Below, one piece after another: positions 8,086 through 16,943 of a stretch of DNA of 64,000 bases. The stretch comes from Candidatus Tumulicola sp. (GTDB lineage Bacteria > Vulcanimicrobiota > Vulcanimicrobiia > Vulcanimicrobiales > Vulcanimicrobiaceae), in contig JBAUZB010000222.1 in NCBI GenBank assembly GCA_049585095.1, positions 109 to 64,108 of the forward strand. Reading direction: 5' to 3'. Each line of letters begins with the position of its first letter. The stretch's first letter is position 1. Made by a program: the position numbers and the translations under genes. The notes beneath the pieces were generated by a model that saw only the letters and a list, made by a program, of their open reading frames with translations, did no database searches and was not told the origin of the DNA.

Positions 8086-9279
8086 GTGGAGGGCGATGCC
8101 ATGGTTGAAGACGATGGTAGCTCGACCATCTCTTGTCCGCGCTGCGGTCACGGGGTAAACGCTGAGGCGCGGTTCTGTCGGCGCTGCGGGAACACGCTCA
8201 GGAGTGCAACACGGCCCGCGTGTAGCCAGTGCGGTGCCGTAGCCGAAGCGGGTGACCGTTTTTGCCCGCATTGTGGTGATGCGCTCAGGCCGTCAGCGCA
8301 CGACGACTCCGATACTCAGCCGCTTGCCGCTACAACCCTAGGTCGCGAACGCGCAACTACGGACCCTCCGCTCGCGGAGGCAACCGAGGGTTCGGAGGAA
8401 GACGCTCTGCCGGGTGCTGACGAAATCACAAGGAAGCCCGCATCCCTTGGAGTTAGCCAGGGACTCTGGCTACTTGCCATCGGCGCCATCATCGTCAGTT
8501 TGTTTTACGGACAAAACATCGCGCGGATGCTGTCGTCATTGAACCCAGGGCAAGTCAACACCGAAGCGTCAACCGAACCAAGCCCAGTTAACGATGGCAC
8601 GCCATTGACGAATCCGATGGAAGAAGCCGTCCGACAATACTACGTTTCAGTCCGCGGTCACGATTTTGCAACGGCGTACTCCCTGTGGTCGCCATCCATG
8701 CAACGAAACCTCACCGCCGACGACCTTGCCCGCCAGTTCCAAGCAACAACCGACATTGATGCCACGATTTCAGACCCTCCGAGTGGCAACGCTGTCGGCG
8801 TGACTGTCATTCAGTCGGATACGTTTGGTGACTACGTTCGTAAGCGCACGTTCAAAGGCACTTGGCGCGTGTCAAATGTCGGCGGCCACTGGTTGTTGGA
8901 TGGCAGGGATTTCAAAACGGTTGTTGATACTGGACCTCCGCCCAACACCTCTGCTCAGCAAACTTCAACCGGGGCAAGTGAACCCGACGATAGTTCCGAA
9001 GCCATTGCCGCCGTTCGCGGGCACTATGAGCGGACGATTACACAGTTCATCGACACCCTTGCTAGTACTTCGGGCTTCGTGTACAAGCCTATTGGTTGGA
9101 AGGCCGTCAAGTCGCGTGGAAGGTGGACCGTGACCTACGCGCTTAGCGAAGACAACGGCGAAGGCCATATTGGGAAAGAGAGTTTCATATTCACCTACGA
9201 CGCGTCAACGCACCAGATGCAGCAAATCGGTGGAGCAGGCTTTCCGTACTTGAATATGGACAACGCCGACCCAGAATGA
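8086..9279 (+). CDS. Zinc-ribbon (double CxxC) membrane protein with NTF2-like extracytoplasmic parts (hypothetical).
   Basis: The N-terminus carries CPRCGHG..CRRCG and CSQCG..CPHCG motifs. One TM follows (GLWLLAIGAIIVSLFYG). The C-terminal region has EEAVRQYYVSVRGHDFATAYSLWS, a SnoaL/NTF2-like flavour. The start could instead be ATG 8101. Confidence 0.6.
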   Translation: MEGDAMVEDDGSSTISCPRCGHGVNAEARFCRRCGNTLRSATRPACSQCGAVAEAGDRFCPHCGDALRPSAHDDSDTQPLAATTLGRERATTDPPLAEATEGSEEDALPGADEITRKPASLGVSQGLWLLAIGAIIVSLFYGQNIARMLSSLNPGQVNTEASTEPSPVNDGTPLTNPMEEAVRQYYVSVRGHDFATAYSLWSPSMQRNLTADDLARQFQATTDIDATISDPPSGNAVGVTVIQSDTFGDYVRKRTFKGTWRVSNVGGHWLLDGRDFKTVVDTGPPPNTSAQQTSTGASEPDDSSEAIAAVRGHYERTITQFIDTLASTSGFVYKPIGWKAVKSRGRWTVTYALSEDNGEGHIGKESFIFTYDASTHQMQQIGGAGFPYLNMDNADPE

Positions 9280-9340
9280 CCCGACGCATCCGGAGGGTAA
9301 AGCCGACTCAAGGCTCCAACGCGCCCGACTAGCCCAAGTC

Positions 9341-9377
9341 ACCCTTTTGGCGGAACGACCTCACGCCGAAAAGGGTT
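9341..9377 (+). terminator. Hairpin (12-13 bp stem) after 8086..9279; possible terminator or regulatory stem-loop.
   Basis: The sequence ACCCTTTTGGCG-gaacgacctca-CGCCGAAAAGGGT is an inverted repeat with one bulge. No clean U-tract follows, only TTATAAT. Confidence 0.3.
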
Positions 9378-9382
9378 ATAAT
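9377..9382 (+). promoter_or_regulatory. Consensus -10 box TATAAT upstream of 9403..9666.
   Basis: A perfect TATAAT lies 21 nt before GTG 9403, with the SD GGAAGGAG at about 9390-9397. No clear -35 was identified. Confidence 0.3.
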
Positions 9383-9402
9383 CGGCTCGGAAGGAGTCAC
9401 TG

Positions 9403-9666
9403 GTGCCAGACAAATCGAGGCGTTCGGACGCGATGCAAGACCTTGACGATTTCGAGGTAAGAATCTTAGAGCAGTTGATTGCCGGAGAGCTTAGGACGGA
9501 AGTTGTCGTAGGCGATGGCGAGTTTGCGAAGTTAGCTTTCGGCTCTCTCCGCGACCGTGTTCAGCCTCAATCCGCACTGGCCGAAATAGACGCCCGCGTT
9601 GCGGAACGCGCAGCCGCAGAGGAATCCTTCACGAACCCAAAACCGGGCCAGGAAGCGCTAGATTAG
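9403..9666 (+). CDS. Hypothetical small acidic protein.
   Basis: 87-aa ORF with a GTG start preceded by a strong SD (GGAAGGAG). No family recognised. Confidence 0.45.
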   Translation: MPDKSRRSDAMQDLDDFEVRILEQLIAGELRTEVVVGDGEFAKLAFGSLRDRVQPQSALAEIDARVAERAAAEESFTNPKPGQEALD

Positions 9667-9748
9667 TACATAGTTGCGCACGCAGGACAGCGCACGAGCC
9701 GGATTGCGGCGGTGGCTCCCGTTATGACCATGGGACGAGAATCAAGTT

Positions 9749-10238
9749 GTGAACGCGGTCTGCGCTGCTCTAAAGGCTCGCGGGTGGGAAATCATCTCGC
9801 AGTGTGGCACGTCGCGAGGCCGGAGTGGACATTCACGCGCGGCGACACGCCGTAAACCTGTATGTCGAAGCAAAGGGCACCACGAGCAGCAAGCATGCTT
9901 CAAACCGATTCGGGATGCCCATGACCGGAACGCAACTTTTCATCCAAGTTGCCGCGGCGTTACCAAAAACAGCAGAACTGCGCTCCCTCAACCCCTCCGA
10001 CGAAGTTGCTATCACGCTCCCAGCCGATGAGCGCCTCAAAGCCCGAATCGCACGAATCAAGCCCGTCCTCGAAGCGAGCAGAATCGGGGTACCGTGGGTT
10101 GCTGAGTCGCTTGCACTTGACGCATGGAACGTCACATGGGTCGAACAGCATCCATCCATGTACTACTCACCCACTGCACCCAACATGCTGACTCGGCTTC
10201 AACCGCTGCTCTTAGCTTTTAGGGCAAAGCTCGCGTAG
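9749..10238 (+). pseudogene. PD-(D/E)XK (restriction-endonuclease-like) protein, apparently frameshifted.
   Basis: Frame A (9749-) encodes VNAVCAALKARGWEIISQCGTSRG. Frame B (ORF 9804..10238) continues GVDIHARRHAVNLYVEAKGTTS, which carries the D...E-x-K motif. The two frames join sensibly if one base near GGCCGG (about 9820) is removed. Confidence 0.4.
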
Positions 10239-10592
10239 CGCCGTCTCGGCTTCCATATTCGGTTTAGTGTCTAGGCGGCGAACATATAACAACATGTAAG
10301 TCGAGCCGTTTACAACCGTGAATGTCGCCTCGGCCCTCTGCTCCCCCGAAACCGCGTATTGCTTCATTCCCCGAATATATGTTGCGTCCTGATTTCCGCA
10401 GATTCTCAGTCGGCGAACTTCGGTGACGCGAGATGGCTCTATATCTATTCCTTTGCGCTTGAGTGAATGATGCGTAAACCCATGCGGCGGCTGGAACCTT
10501 AAATCGTCGGCAGGACTGCCAATCATCCCGCAGCCTGACAGGACGATTAGAGCGAATAGCGCAACCCGCGTCAGGTTTCCAAAGCATCTCAC
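10212..10592 (-). CDS. Small lipoprotein, member of a local paralog family ending ...AL..LCP.
   Basis: From ORF 10212..10730. The likely start is GTG 10592 (VRCFGNLTRVALFALIVLSGCG, with a lipobox). The C-terminus is NMEAETALRELCPKS. The longer start 10730 would overlap the upstream gene by 13 nt. Confidence 0.5.
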   Translation of the reverse strand: MRCFGNLTRVALFALIVLSGCGMIGSPADDLRFQPPHGFTHHSLKRKGIDIEPSRVTEVRRLRICGNQDATYIRGMKQYAVSGEQRAEATFTVVNGSTYMLLYVRRLDTKPNMEAETALRELCPKS

Positions 10593-10717
10593 CTGGCGCG
10601 TGCCGACTCTCTCGCGAATCAAACCTCGCCTAGACACAGGTTCACGGCGAGATGCTAAAGAGCGACGCGCAGGAACTAAGCCGGTTCGACTCAAGACCGC
10701 GGGTCGATTTGCGACGG

Positions 10718-11173
10718 CTACGTCGGGCAAAGGGTCATCAAGGCTGCCTCGGCATCGGGAAGTGGCGCTGGAGTCAAGAATGAATAGGCCAGAGTGTAGA
10801 GAGCAGCGCCTTTGCGAAACTCGATTATCTCCAGGTTGTTGGCCTCTGGATTAGATGGAGTATTGCGGCCGGTAACTATTACACGATGAGCCTGCTCCCC
10901 GCAAGCCTGCACCGCACTTTTTGCCACAACAGCGCCAGGGACCAACTGAAACATCGATTGAATCATACCTATCCGGTGCGCGGGGTCGCAGTCGCAAACA
11001 TCACGCGCTAACGAGATACTGGTTTCGCTTCCGTCTGCTTCTTTTCGACTGTACGCACTCGTCTCGGTCATTTCGAGCGGAGCAACTTTCCATTCCGGCG
11101 ATAAAGTCACCGTCGGTGACGGCTGAGCGTTTGTCTGTGCAATCAGCACGATGATGCTTAATATTGCCAGCAT
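10718..11173 (-). CDS. Small secreted protein, paralog of 10212..10592 and 14992..15456.
   Basis: The signal peptide is MLAILSIIVLIAQTNAQ. The protein has an internal Cys (VQACGEQ) and the C-terminus PLPDAEAALMTLCPT. Its ATG overlaps the TAA of the upstream gene by one base (TAATG). Confidence 0.5.
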   Translation of the reverse strand: MLAILSIIVLIAQTNAQPSPTVTLSPEWKVAPLEMTETSAYSRKEADGSETSISLARDVCDCDPAHRIGMIQSMFQLVPGAVVAKSAVQACGEQAHRVIVTGRNTPSNPEANNLEIIEFRKGAALYTLAYSFLTPAPLPDAEAALMTLCPT

Positions 11174-11547
11174 TAAGCCTCTTCTTCAGCCAGCTTCCTC
11201 AGCGCATCTGACTCAACGGGTTGCCCCTTTGAGTCAAATCCGCTCTGCAAACCCAGGTAGACTCGCTCGGCTGGGTCGGCCGCTATGTATCCGGTCCGAG
11301 GAAGTGGTGAATCTGGGTTTCTTTCAGCGTCGAGGCTCTCACTCTCGTCTCGGCCATAAGCCAGGCGTGGTAAAAACCAGAGAGCAGTCAGTCCAACTAT
11401 AACCGTCACAACTACGTTCCAGCGCGTTGTAATGCCAGCGAGAAGGGTAAGAAATAAGGCTCCTCCCAAGCCAAACAACGTGGAATGACGATGCAAGAGC
11501 GACTTCATACCAAGGTCCCAGTTTCGGCCAGTCAGCCGTGCTTTCAT
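11173..11547 (-). CDS. Membrane protein (2 TM), hypothetical.
   Basis: 124-aa ORF with hydrophobic segments LFGLGGALFLTLLAGI and VVVTVIVGLTALWFL. It is translationally coupled to the downstream paralog pair. Confidence 0.45.
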   Translation of the reverse strand: MKARLTGRNWDLGMKSLLHRHSTLFGLGGALFLTLLAGITTRWNVVVTVIVGLTALWFLPRLAYGRDESESLDAERNPDSPLPRTGYIAADPAERVYLGLQSGFDSKGQPVESDALRKLAEEEA

Positions 11548-11777
11548 TTGGGGAAGGAAACCTCAGTAGACACATCCCCTGCGCAGGTGAGACGAGTGAG
11601 GGGGTGTGGTGGCGCGACCGGCGGGTCCGACCCGCCCACAAACGTGCGGGCATCCTGGAGGGCCGCCTCAAGATGCGCGCCAGGGCCTGTGACGCTGCAA
11701 ACGTCATGCCAGTCTCAAACGCAGTGGAGAGCCCGGATTCCGCAGGCAAGCCACAAGTTCGGTCGTAGCACTAGGCT

Positions 11778-12113
11778 GTGAAAAGCGCGTCTCAGCCGAC
11801 GTGGACTACTGTGGGCACAATCGCTGCCTGCACAGTCGCAGCTTCGGCCGGAGTCGCTAATGGTGCGTGGTGTTCCAGCTTCACTTTCAACTGCTTGGCG
11901 TATGCGCCTCTAGATTTACTCGGCGGCATCGCATTCTTCGGAATACCATCGGCTGTGATTGCCACGCTCGTTGTCCTCGCGCTGACTTTTCAGCCCAGCG
12001 GCCGTGCGCGAGCCATGCGAATCACTCCGATTTCGTTCGCACTGCTGGTTCTATCCCACGCCGCTTTGGGATTCAGCGTCGGAATCACTTTACTTCGCGG
12101 GCAGGGACCGTAG
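11778..12113 (+). CDS. Membrane protein, hypothetical.
   Basis: 111-aa ORF with several hydrophobic helices (IAFFGIPSAVIATLVVLAL, ISFALLVLSHAALGFSVGI). No family recognised. Confidence 0.35.
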   Translation: MKSASQPTWTTVGTIAACTVAASAGVANGAWCSSFTFNCLAYAPLDLLGGIAFFGIPSAVIATLVVLALTFQPSGRARAMRITPISFALLVLSHAALGFSVGITLLRGQGP

Positions 12114-12483
12114 TCTGAAAACGGCCCCCAGGTTTTTCAAGACGACGTGTTCATGGAAACGGAAAGCGCGTCGTGGGAGTGGAGTATCCCCCGGTTTCGT
12201 AATAGGAGCATGGCGGGGTGTCTCGTAGTCGCGTACAGGAAGCGTACCAAGTGCGCGTTTGCAACTCGTGCCCCCAGGGTCTTGCGGTTTCCCTCGGCGG
12301 AGGAGTTTGGTGACCTAAGCTCGACCGGAGAGAGCGGCTTCATACCGCTTTACCCGTCGCCCTCGCCTAGCCCGTGCAACCGCAGACGTGCAAATATAAG
12401 AACCCAGCGAACTAGAACGAATACACTCAGTCTCCAGCAGTCAGCGTCAACAGGCTAGAAGCGCGTGCCGTGGCGAATCCTGC

Positions 12484-13284
12484 GTGATGCGTCCAGTGGC
12501 CGCTACCTTGACTATCGCCATGCTAGTCGCGACAGGTGTGGTAAATGCGCAGAACCCGAGTCGGCTACCGGGACCTTCAACGGCTGCTGTGGTCAACTTT
12601 TCGTTCCGACCGTGTACAGAGTTGGAAAAGCACCCCGTCAGGAGTGGTCTGGTTACGTATCAGGTGGCGAGTGCCAGCAAAGATGGAACGTATATTGCGA
12701 AGCAGGTGGCGTGGAGTTCTGCTGAGACTGGGCCGCTAAAGCAGTCATTTGGGATTCCTGCGGGAGCGTACGTGTACAACGTCTATGCCTGGGATGAAAA
12801 GCACGAACACGCCTGCCAGTCCTTCTACTATTTCGCTGTATTGCCCGGTGACTCTAGAACGATAGCAGAACAGATGGCTGACTGCTGCGGCGACCCGATT
12901 TCGAGGCTTTTTATCGTCGGCGAGGTTCAAGTACCAATGCAGGTGTCTGTAACGCGGCTAGAAGGCTCACCACCTTGCGGGACGGTACTCGCGGTACTTC
13001 ACAAAAGTCCAATCGACGTCGAACAAGACAGGATTGGTTTTTATGCAACCGACAATCGGCTATCCGGCGACGCCGCAGGGTCAGGGGCCGTGTTCGGAGT
13101 GGAACTGAAGCGTCCTGACGGCGACACTCGTACGCTTCGCATTGTCGCCGACTATCCGAGCGAGTTTCTTAGCACGCTGCCAACCCTTACAAGCATCAAC
13201 CTGACAGCGGACCTAGTGAGTGCCGTTTTCAAGGCTCCGGCCGAACAACTCGTTTGCCTGAAGGGCAACGACCAAGTTAGGTAA
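12484..13284 (+). CDS. Secreted hypothetical protein.
   Basis: 266-aa ORF with the signal peptide MMRPVAATLTIAMLVATGVVNAQ. No family recognised. Confidence 0.5.
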   Translation: MMRPVAATLTIAMLVATGVVNAQNPSRLPGPSTAAVVNFSFRPCTELEKHPVRSGLVTYQVASASKDGTYIAKQVAWSSAETGPLKQSFGIPAGAYVYNVYAWDEKHEHACQSFYYFAVLPGDSRTIAEQMADCCGDPISRLFIVGEVQVPMQVSVTRLEGSPPCGTVLAVLHKSPIDVEQDRIGFYATDNRLSGDAAGSGAVFGVELKRPDGDTRTLRIVADYPSEFLSTLPTLTSINLTADLVSAVFKAPAEQLVCLKGNDQVR

Positions 13285-13404
13285 ACGGAGTAGCGCGGAG
13301 GCCCCTCTGACGTTCTTAGGCGCGGGACGCGCGTACCAGGTTGTTGGTAGTGGTCCCCTTTTAAAAACGGGCGCACGGCGAGGCCCCCGAATGCTACTTA
13401 GGCT

Positions 13405-13770
13405 GTGAGCTTAGTCCGCTTTATCGGATGGGGCATTCTCGGCCTCATCATCGGAGCCGCCATCTATTGGGTTGCCGCTTACGTCGCAACGGCCGCACTC
13501 GTATTCACGGTCGGGCCGCACGTCTGGTGGAGCATCCATCAGTCCATAGCCTGGAAGCTGCTAGGGGCTGCCTGTCTCGGGTTCGGCGTGTGGCTAATGT
13601 GGTCACACATGACCGGACGCAAGGCCCCAAACCGCAGCGAAACCGAGAACGACTCAAGCGGCTGGAGCGCCGTCGCCGCGCATCAGGTCCCCGAGGCCAA
13701 GGTTCCTAACGTGGAAGCGTTCATTACGGACCAGTGGCAAGCTCTTGCGGATTTTGCATCCCTTTGGTAA
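13405..13770 (+). CDS. Membrane protein, hypothetical.
   Basis: 121-aa ORF with 3 hydrophobic helices (GWGILGLIIGAAIYWVAAYVATAALVF, LLGAACLGFGVWLMW). Confidence 0.4.
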   Translation: MSLVRFIGWGILGLIIGAAIYWVAAYVATAALVFTVGPHVWWSIHQSIAWKLLGAACLGFGVWLMWSHMTGRKAPNRSETENDSSGWSAVAAHQVPEAKVPNVEAFITDQWQALADFASLW

Positions 13771-14857
13771 CGGTCCGTATGGGCGTGCTGCCCCCCGCCG
13801 GATACACGACGACGCTTCCTGGGTCGCTGCCAAACACGCCACTGTTCGAGACATAAACATCGCCGAGCGAATCGAGAGCTATTACGTGGCCCTGCGCCTC
13901 AACTATACCTTCCGTCATCGTTCGTAACAGCGTGTCGCCTGTTGGCGGAAACACCGTGACGTTCGGATGCGTATAGCCGCCGAGCACGTAGAGATTATCG
14001 AATGTATCGACTTTCACGCTGTCGGGGCAGACAACGCCGTCTAAGGTACTGAGGTTGCGTATCGGGTATATGCTGCTGCCAGGGGCGTACTCAAGAACGG
14101 CTCCATCGTAGCCCGGCTCCACGCACCGCAGGGCTAAGTATAAGTCACCCTTGGAGTCAAACGCAGTTGCTGTCATACCATCGAGCGTTTGCGGACTGAT
14201 TGACCAATACGGTGCTGTTTCTCCCGGAGCAAAGACTTGCACGGTCCCACCCCGGTTAATCGCTAGGTCGCCCGAACTGTCAGTCGCAAAATCGTGGGCT
14301 CCGTCCACGTGGTGGGTAAGTGGTGGGATTTTACCGAGGGCTATTCTCCGAATGACTCGTTGCTTTAAGACTTTCTGATTGCCCGCCGCAGCATATTCGC
14401 AAACGCGGGCCGCCGCACACATAGTGAAGAGACTTCCGAAGCTATCGAGTATGGGCAGGAAAAATACATGCGCTTGATTCAGGCTTTGTACCACCTTCGC
14501 CCCGCGTCCAGAATAGATGTTAAGTCGTCCAGACGGACGGTGATGTGCCTCGGGAACGTAAACTGCAAGAAAAACGTGGCCCGATGAGTCGGCAGTCATA
14601 CCGTCGAAGTATTCTCCCTTGGGTGGAGGGCTAACGGTACGGAGAAGTTTTGAACCCGCGTTACCATAAACGGCCACACTGGGAGACGCAGCGTTCAATA
14701 CGTAGAGGATTGGGCCGCCCCGCTTACTGGAAGCAGGAATGGCGCGATGCGCGGGCAGCGAACTAGTTGCTTCGCTCGGCTCGGATGACATTCCATTTAC
14801 GCTACACGCAGCCAGCACAATGGTGGCAATGCAGAGACTTATGAGCGTCCGATTCAC
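13724..14857 (-). CDS. Beta-propeller-type lipoprotein (NHL/SMP-30-like repeats).
   Basis: The signal peptide plus lipobox is MNRTLISLCIATIVLAACS. It has repeated strands such as LYVLNAASPSVAVYGNAGSKLLRTVS and GDVYVSNSG. These resemble the repeat of 20983..22014. Confidence 0.6.
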   Translation of the reverse strand: MNRTLISLCIATIVLAACSVNGMSSEPSEATSSLPAHRAIPASSKRGGPILYVLNAASPSVAVYGNAGSKLLRTVSPPPKGEYFDGMTADSSGHVFLAVYVPEAHHRPSGRLNIYSGRGAKVVQSLNQAHVFFLPILDSFGSLFTMCAAARVCEYAAAGNQKVLKQRVIRRIALGKIPPLTHHVDGAHDFATDSSGDLAINRGGTVQVFAPGETAPYWSISPQTLDGMTATAFDSKGDLYLALRCVEPGYDGAVLEYAPGSSIYPIRNLSTLDGVVCPDSVKVDTFDNLYVLGGYTHPNVTVFPPTGDTLLRTMTEGIVEAQGHVIALDSLGDVYVSNSGVFGSDPGSVVVYPAGGSTPIRTVTKGMQNPQELATGP

Positions 14858-14991
14858 AAACTGCTACCCTTCTAACGAAGCATGGGCTAGAGGTTCGACG
14901 GTGTACTTAAGCGTTCCCGGCTGTGAGCACCGCTAACGCAAACGTGGACTAAGCCGTCATCTGCGCTGTCCAGTCGCAACAAAGACTATTC

Positions 14992-15456
14992 TCAACGAGG
15001 GCAGATGGATTCAATGGCGGCCTCCGCCTCAGGGTCCGGTGACGCAGTTCGCGGATAGTAATACCATGCCGTCGCGGTCGTTCCATGGTATTGCATCTTC
15101 ACACCATCCGCGCCCTCCGCTGAGGAAAACGGCTCGCGAAGCTGAAGGAGCAGCGCCCTTCGGCCACGACAAACTGCGGTTTCCCCGACCGCCTTCTGCA
15201 AAGGCCAAATCGGCCCCGGAGTACCACGGACGCCCGCGACAAGTTCCAGCCTGACGGTTTGCCTCGAATCAGGGGACTCCCAACGTCGAACCGGTAGGGC
15301 CGGGAACAGACTGGATGGGAACCTTGCAGCGGCGGTGTGCCATCCTACTGTGGCCCGAAAGGTCCATTCTGACCAAGGCGCAGTTGCGCGGCCTCTGGCG
15401 CACCCGCTTACCATTAGAACGAGAGCGACCGCAGGGGCAAGATGTTTCTTACGCAT
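14992..15456 (-). CDS. Small lipoprotein, third member of the ...LCP-terminal paralog family.
   Basis: The lipoprotein signal is MRKKHLAPAVALVLMVSGCA. The protein has an internal Cys (TAVCRGR) and the C-terminus SPDPEAEAAIESICPR. Confidence 0.5.
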   Translation of the reverse strand: MRKKHLAPAVALVLMVSGCARGRATAPWSEWTFRATVGWHTAAARFPSSLFPALPVRRWESPDSRQTVRLELVAGVRGTPGPIWPLQKAVGETAVCRGRRALLLQLREPFSSAEGADGVKMQYHGTTATAWYYYPRTASPDPEAEAAIESICPR

Positions 15457-15557
15457 GAAGCGCCTTACGAATACCGGCGTCGAGCAACTTCTAGCGCATC
15501 CCGTTAATCTCGTCCGCTTCGGTCCGTTCCATGCGGCAGGTGAAATGATTCAGTTGG

Positions 15558-16511
15558 CTACCCAAACCCATTCTGCTTAGGCTGAAACCGCAAATCACAA
15601 CCAGGCGTATCGAAATAGGTAAATCGTGCAAGAAACTCTCTTGCCTGGTTCTGGGACGCAGTAAGCGGCAGCAGCGTTAGGTTAACCCGCTGCGCGAGCG
15701 CCAATATATCGCGGTATGCGCGGTCATATCCGGGCGGTAGGCTGGATGACAGGCCAATCATGCGCGATGCAATGAATAGGTTTGCCCATCCCTTTGCAAC
15801 GTAATACTCCGCCGATGCTTGATGCATGGCGGCACACTGGCTCATAGCGTCGTGCCGAGCGTCGAGCGACATGTTCCCGAGAAATGAAACCACTAGTGCA
15901 TTGAGTTTCGCAACCCTAAGATAAAAGCCGACGGTACTACAAGTCGTTGCAGGTAGTCTCTCACCTTTCTTCTTGGTCTTATCATACAAAACAATCGCCT
16001 CACTGACGTGACCTTCGGATTGCAGCTTCTTCACTTTTTCTATGATGAGTAAGTCGTCATCAGCAACTGCATCGCGCGCGACGCACTCCGGAGACGGAGT
16101 ATCGGGCATGAAGTCAGCACGGAACAAGTAGCGGCCGGTCGTTGCTTGGCAGTTAACTACCTTGGCGGAGTACTGTGACTTCCTCGCAGCCGACATAGCG
16201 GACTCATCCAAAGCATGATTGCCAGAGCTTTTCCAAGTGCTCGCTGACACGATATTGCCTGAAGGGCCTATTGTAACGACGACTAGCGATGACACTGGTC
16301 CGAGCTTTAAACGACGAACGGAAGGCGGATACTCCGGCTGCGCCGCTTTGACCACGCGGGCCTCCATGTTCGGGAACGCGCATGACGTTGGAGCACTGGG
16401 AGCGGCTGACTCGGGAACGACGGGCATTGACGCCTGCGCAGTTGCCAATATTGAGAGCAATGATACAGCGAGCGATAGGACTCCGAACGCGGTCACCAAC
16501 AATGTCCGCAT
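15558..16511 (-). CDS. Secreted protein with a TonB C-terminal-like domain plus an unassigned C-terminal domain.
   Basis: A signal peptide is followed by ARVVKAAQPEYPPSVRRLKLGPVSSLVVVTIGPSGNIVSASTWKSSGNHALDESAMSAARKSQY. This matches the TonB_C pattern (P.YP...G.V.v...i...G.v....v..SSG...LD.aA..A). Confidence 0.55.
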   Translation of the reverse strand: MRTLLVTAFGVLSLAVSLLSILATAQASMPVVPESAAPSAPTSCAFPNMEARVVKAAQPEYPPSVRRLKLGPVSSLVVVTIGPSGNIVSASTWKSSGNHALDESAMSAARKSQYSAKVVNCQATTGRYLFRADFMPDTPSPECVARDAVADDDLLIIEKVKKLQSEGHVSEAIVLYDKTKKKGERLPATTCSTVGFYLRVAKLNALVVSFLGNMSLDARHDAMSQCAAMHQASAEYYVAKGWANLFIASRMIGLSSSLPPGYDRAYRDILALAQRVNLTLLPLTASQNQAREFLARFTYFDTPGCDLRFQPKQNGFG

Positions 16512-16943
16512 GGCTCATGTGTTCGCGAAGGCGCTACCGGTGTCCTCAAGGAGTCCGCCGCGCCAGCATCCCGGCCTTTGTAGACGTGAAGCAACGCTAG
16601 ACAGCTATCCTCACGCCCGTTTGAGAATGCTTAGGGCCACATCGCGCTAAGGTCCAAAACCAATCGCGGTACCCTTGCGGTACTCTTTCGGTATAGTAAA
16701 CGGGCTGACCAATCTTGACCATTCCGACACTCGGGTGCGCGATAATGTACGTGTGCCCAGTCGGGGCCTCTGGCGTACTCTTCACTGGCGGCTACTCAAG
16801 CTCAACCACTCGGGTCTGTGACCGGTAGCACGGCGGACCATAGCTATTGATACTTACTCCGCCTAGCGCCCTCTGGAAGCTTCTCTGGGGCGCTCCAATA
16901 GGCTTGATGACCGCAGGAGAGTTACTGTCCTCATTCGCTCCCT

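Noticed and set aside
7852-8271. A 139-aa minus-strand ORF in the ImmA / zinc-ribbon intergenic region.
   Set aside because: It overlaps the 5' end of the better-supported 8086..9279 gene. It has no start context or motifs and is Arg/Pro-rich.
12114-12483. A possible ncRNA or small ORFs in the 370-bp gap (ORFs 12147..12458 plus strand and 12137..12343 minus strand).
   Set aside because: Both ORFs have implausible composition. I saw only weak hairpins and no recognisable riboswitch or sRNA signature. An Rfam scan is needed.
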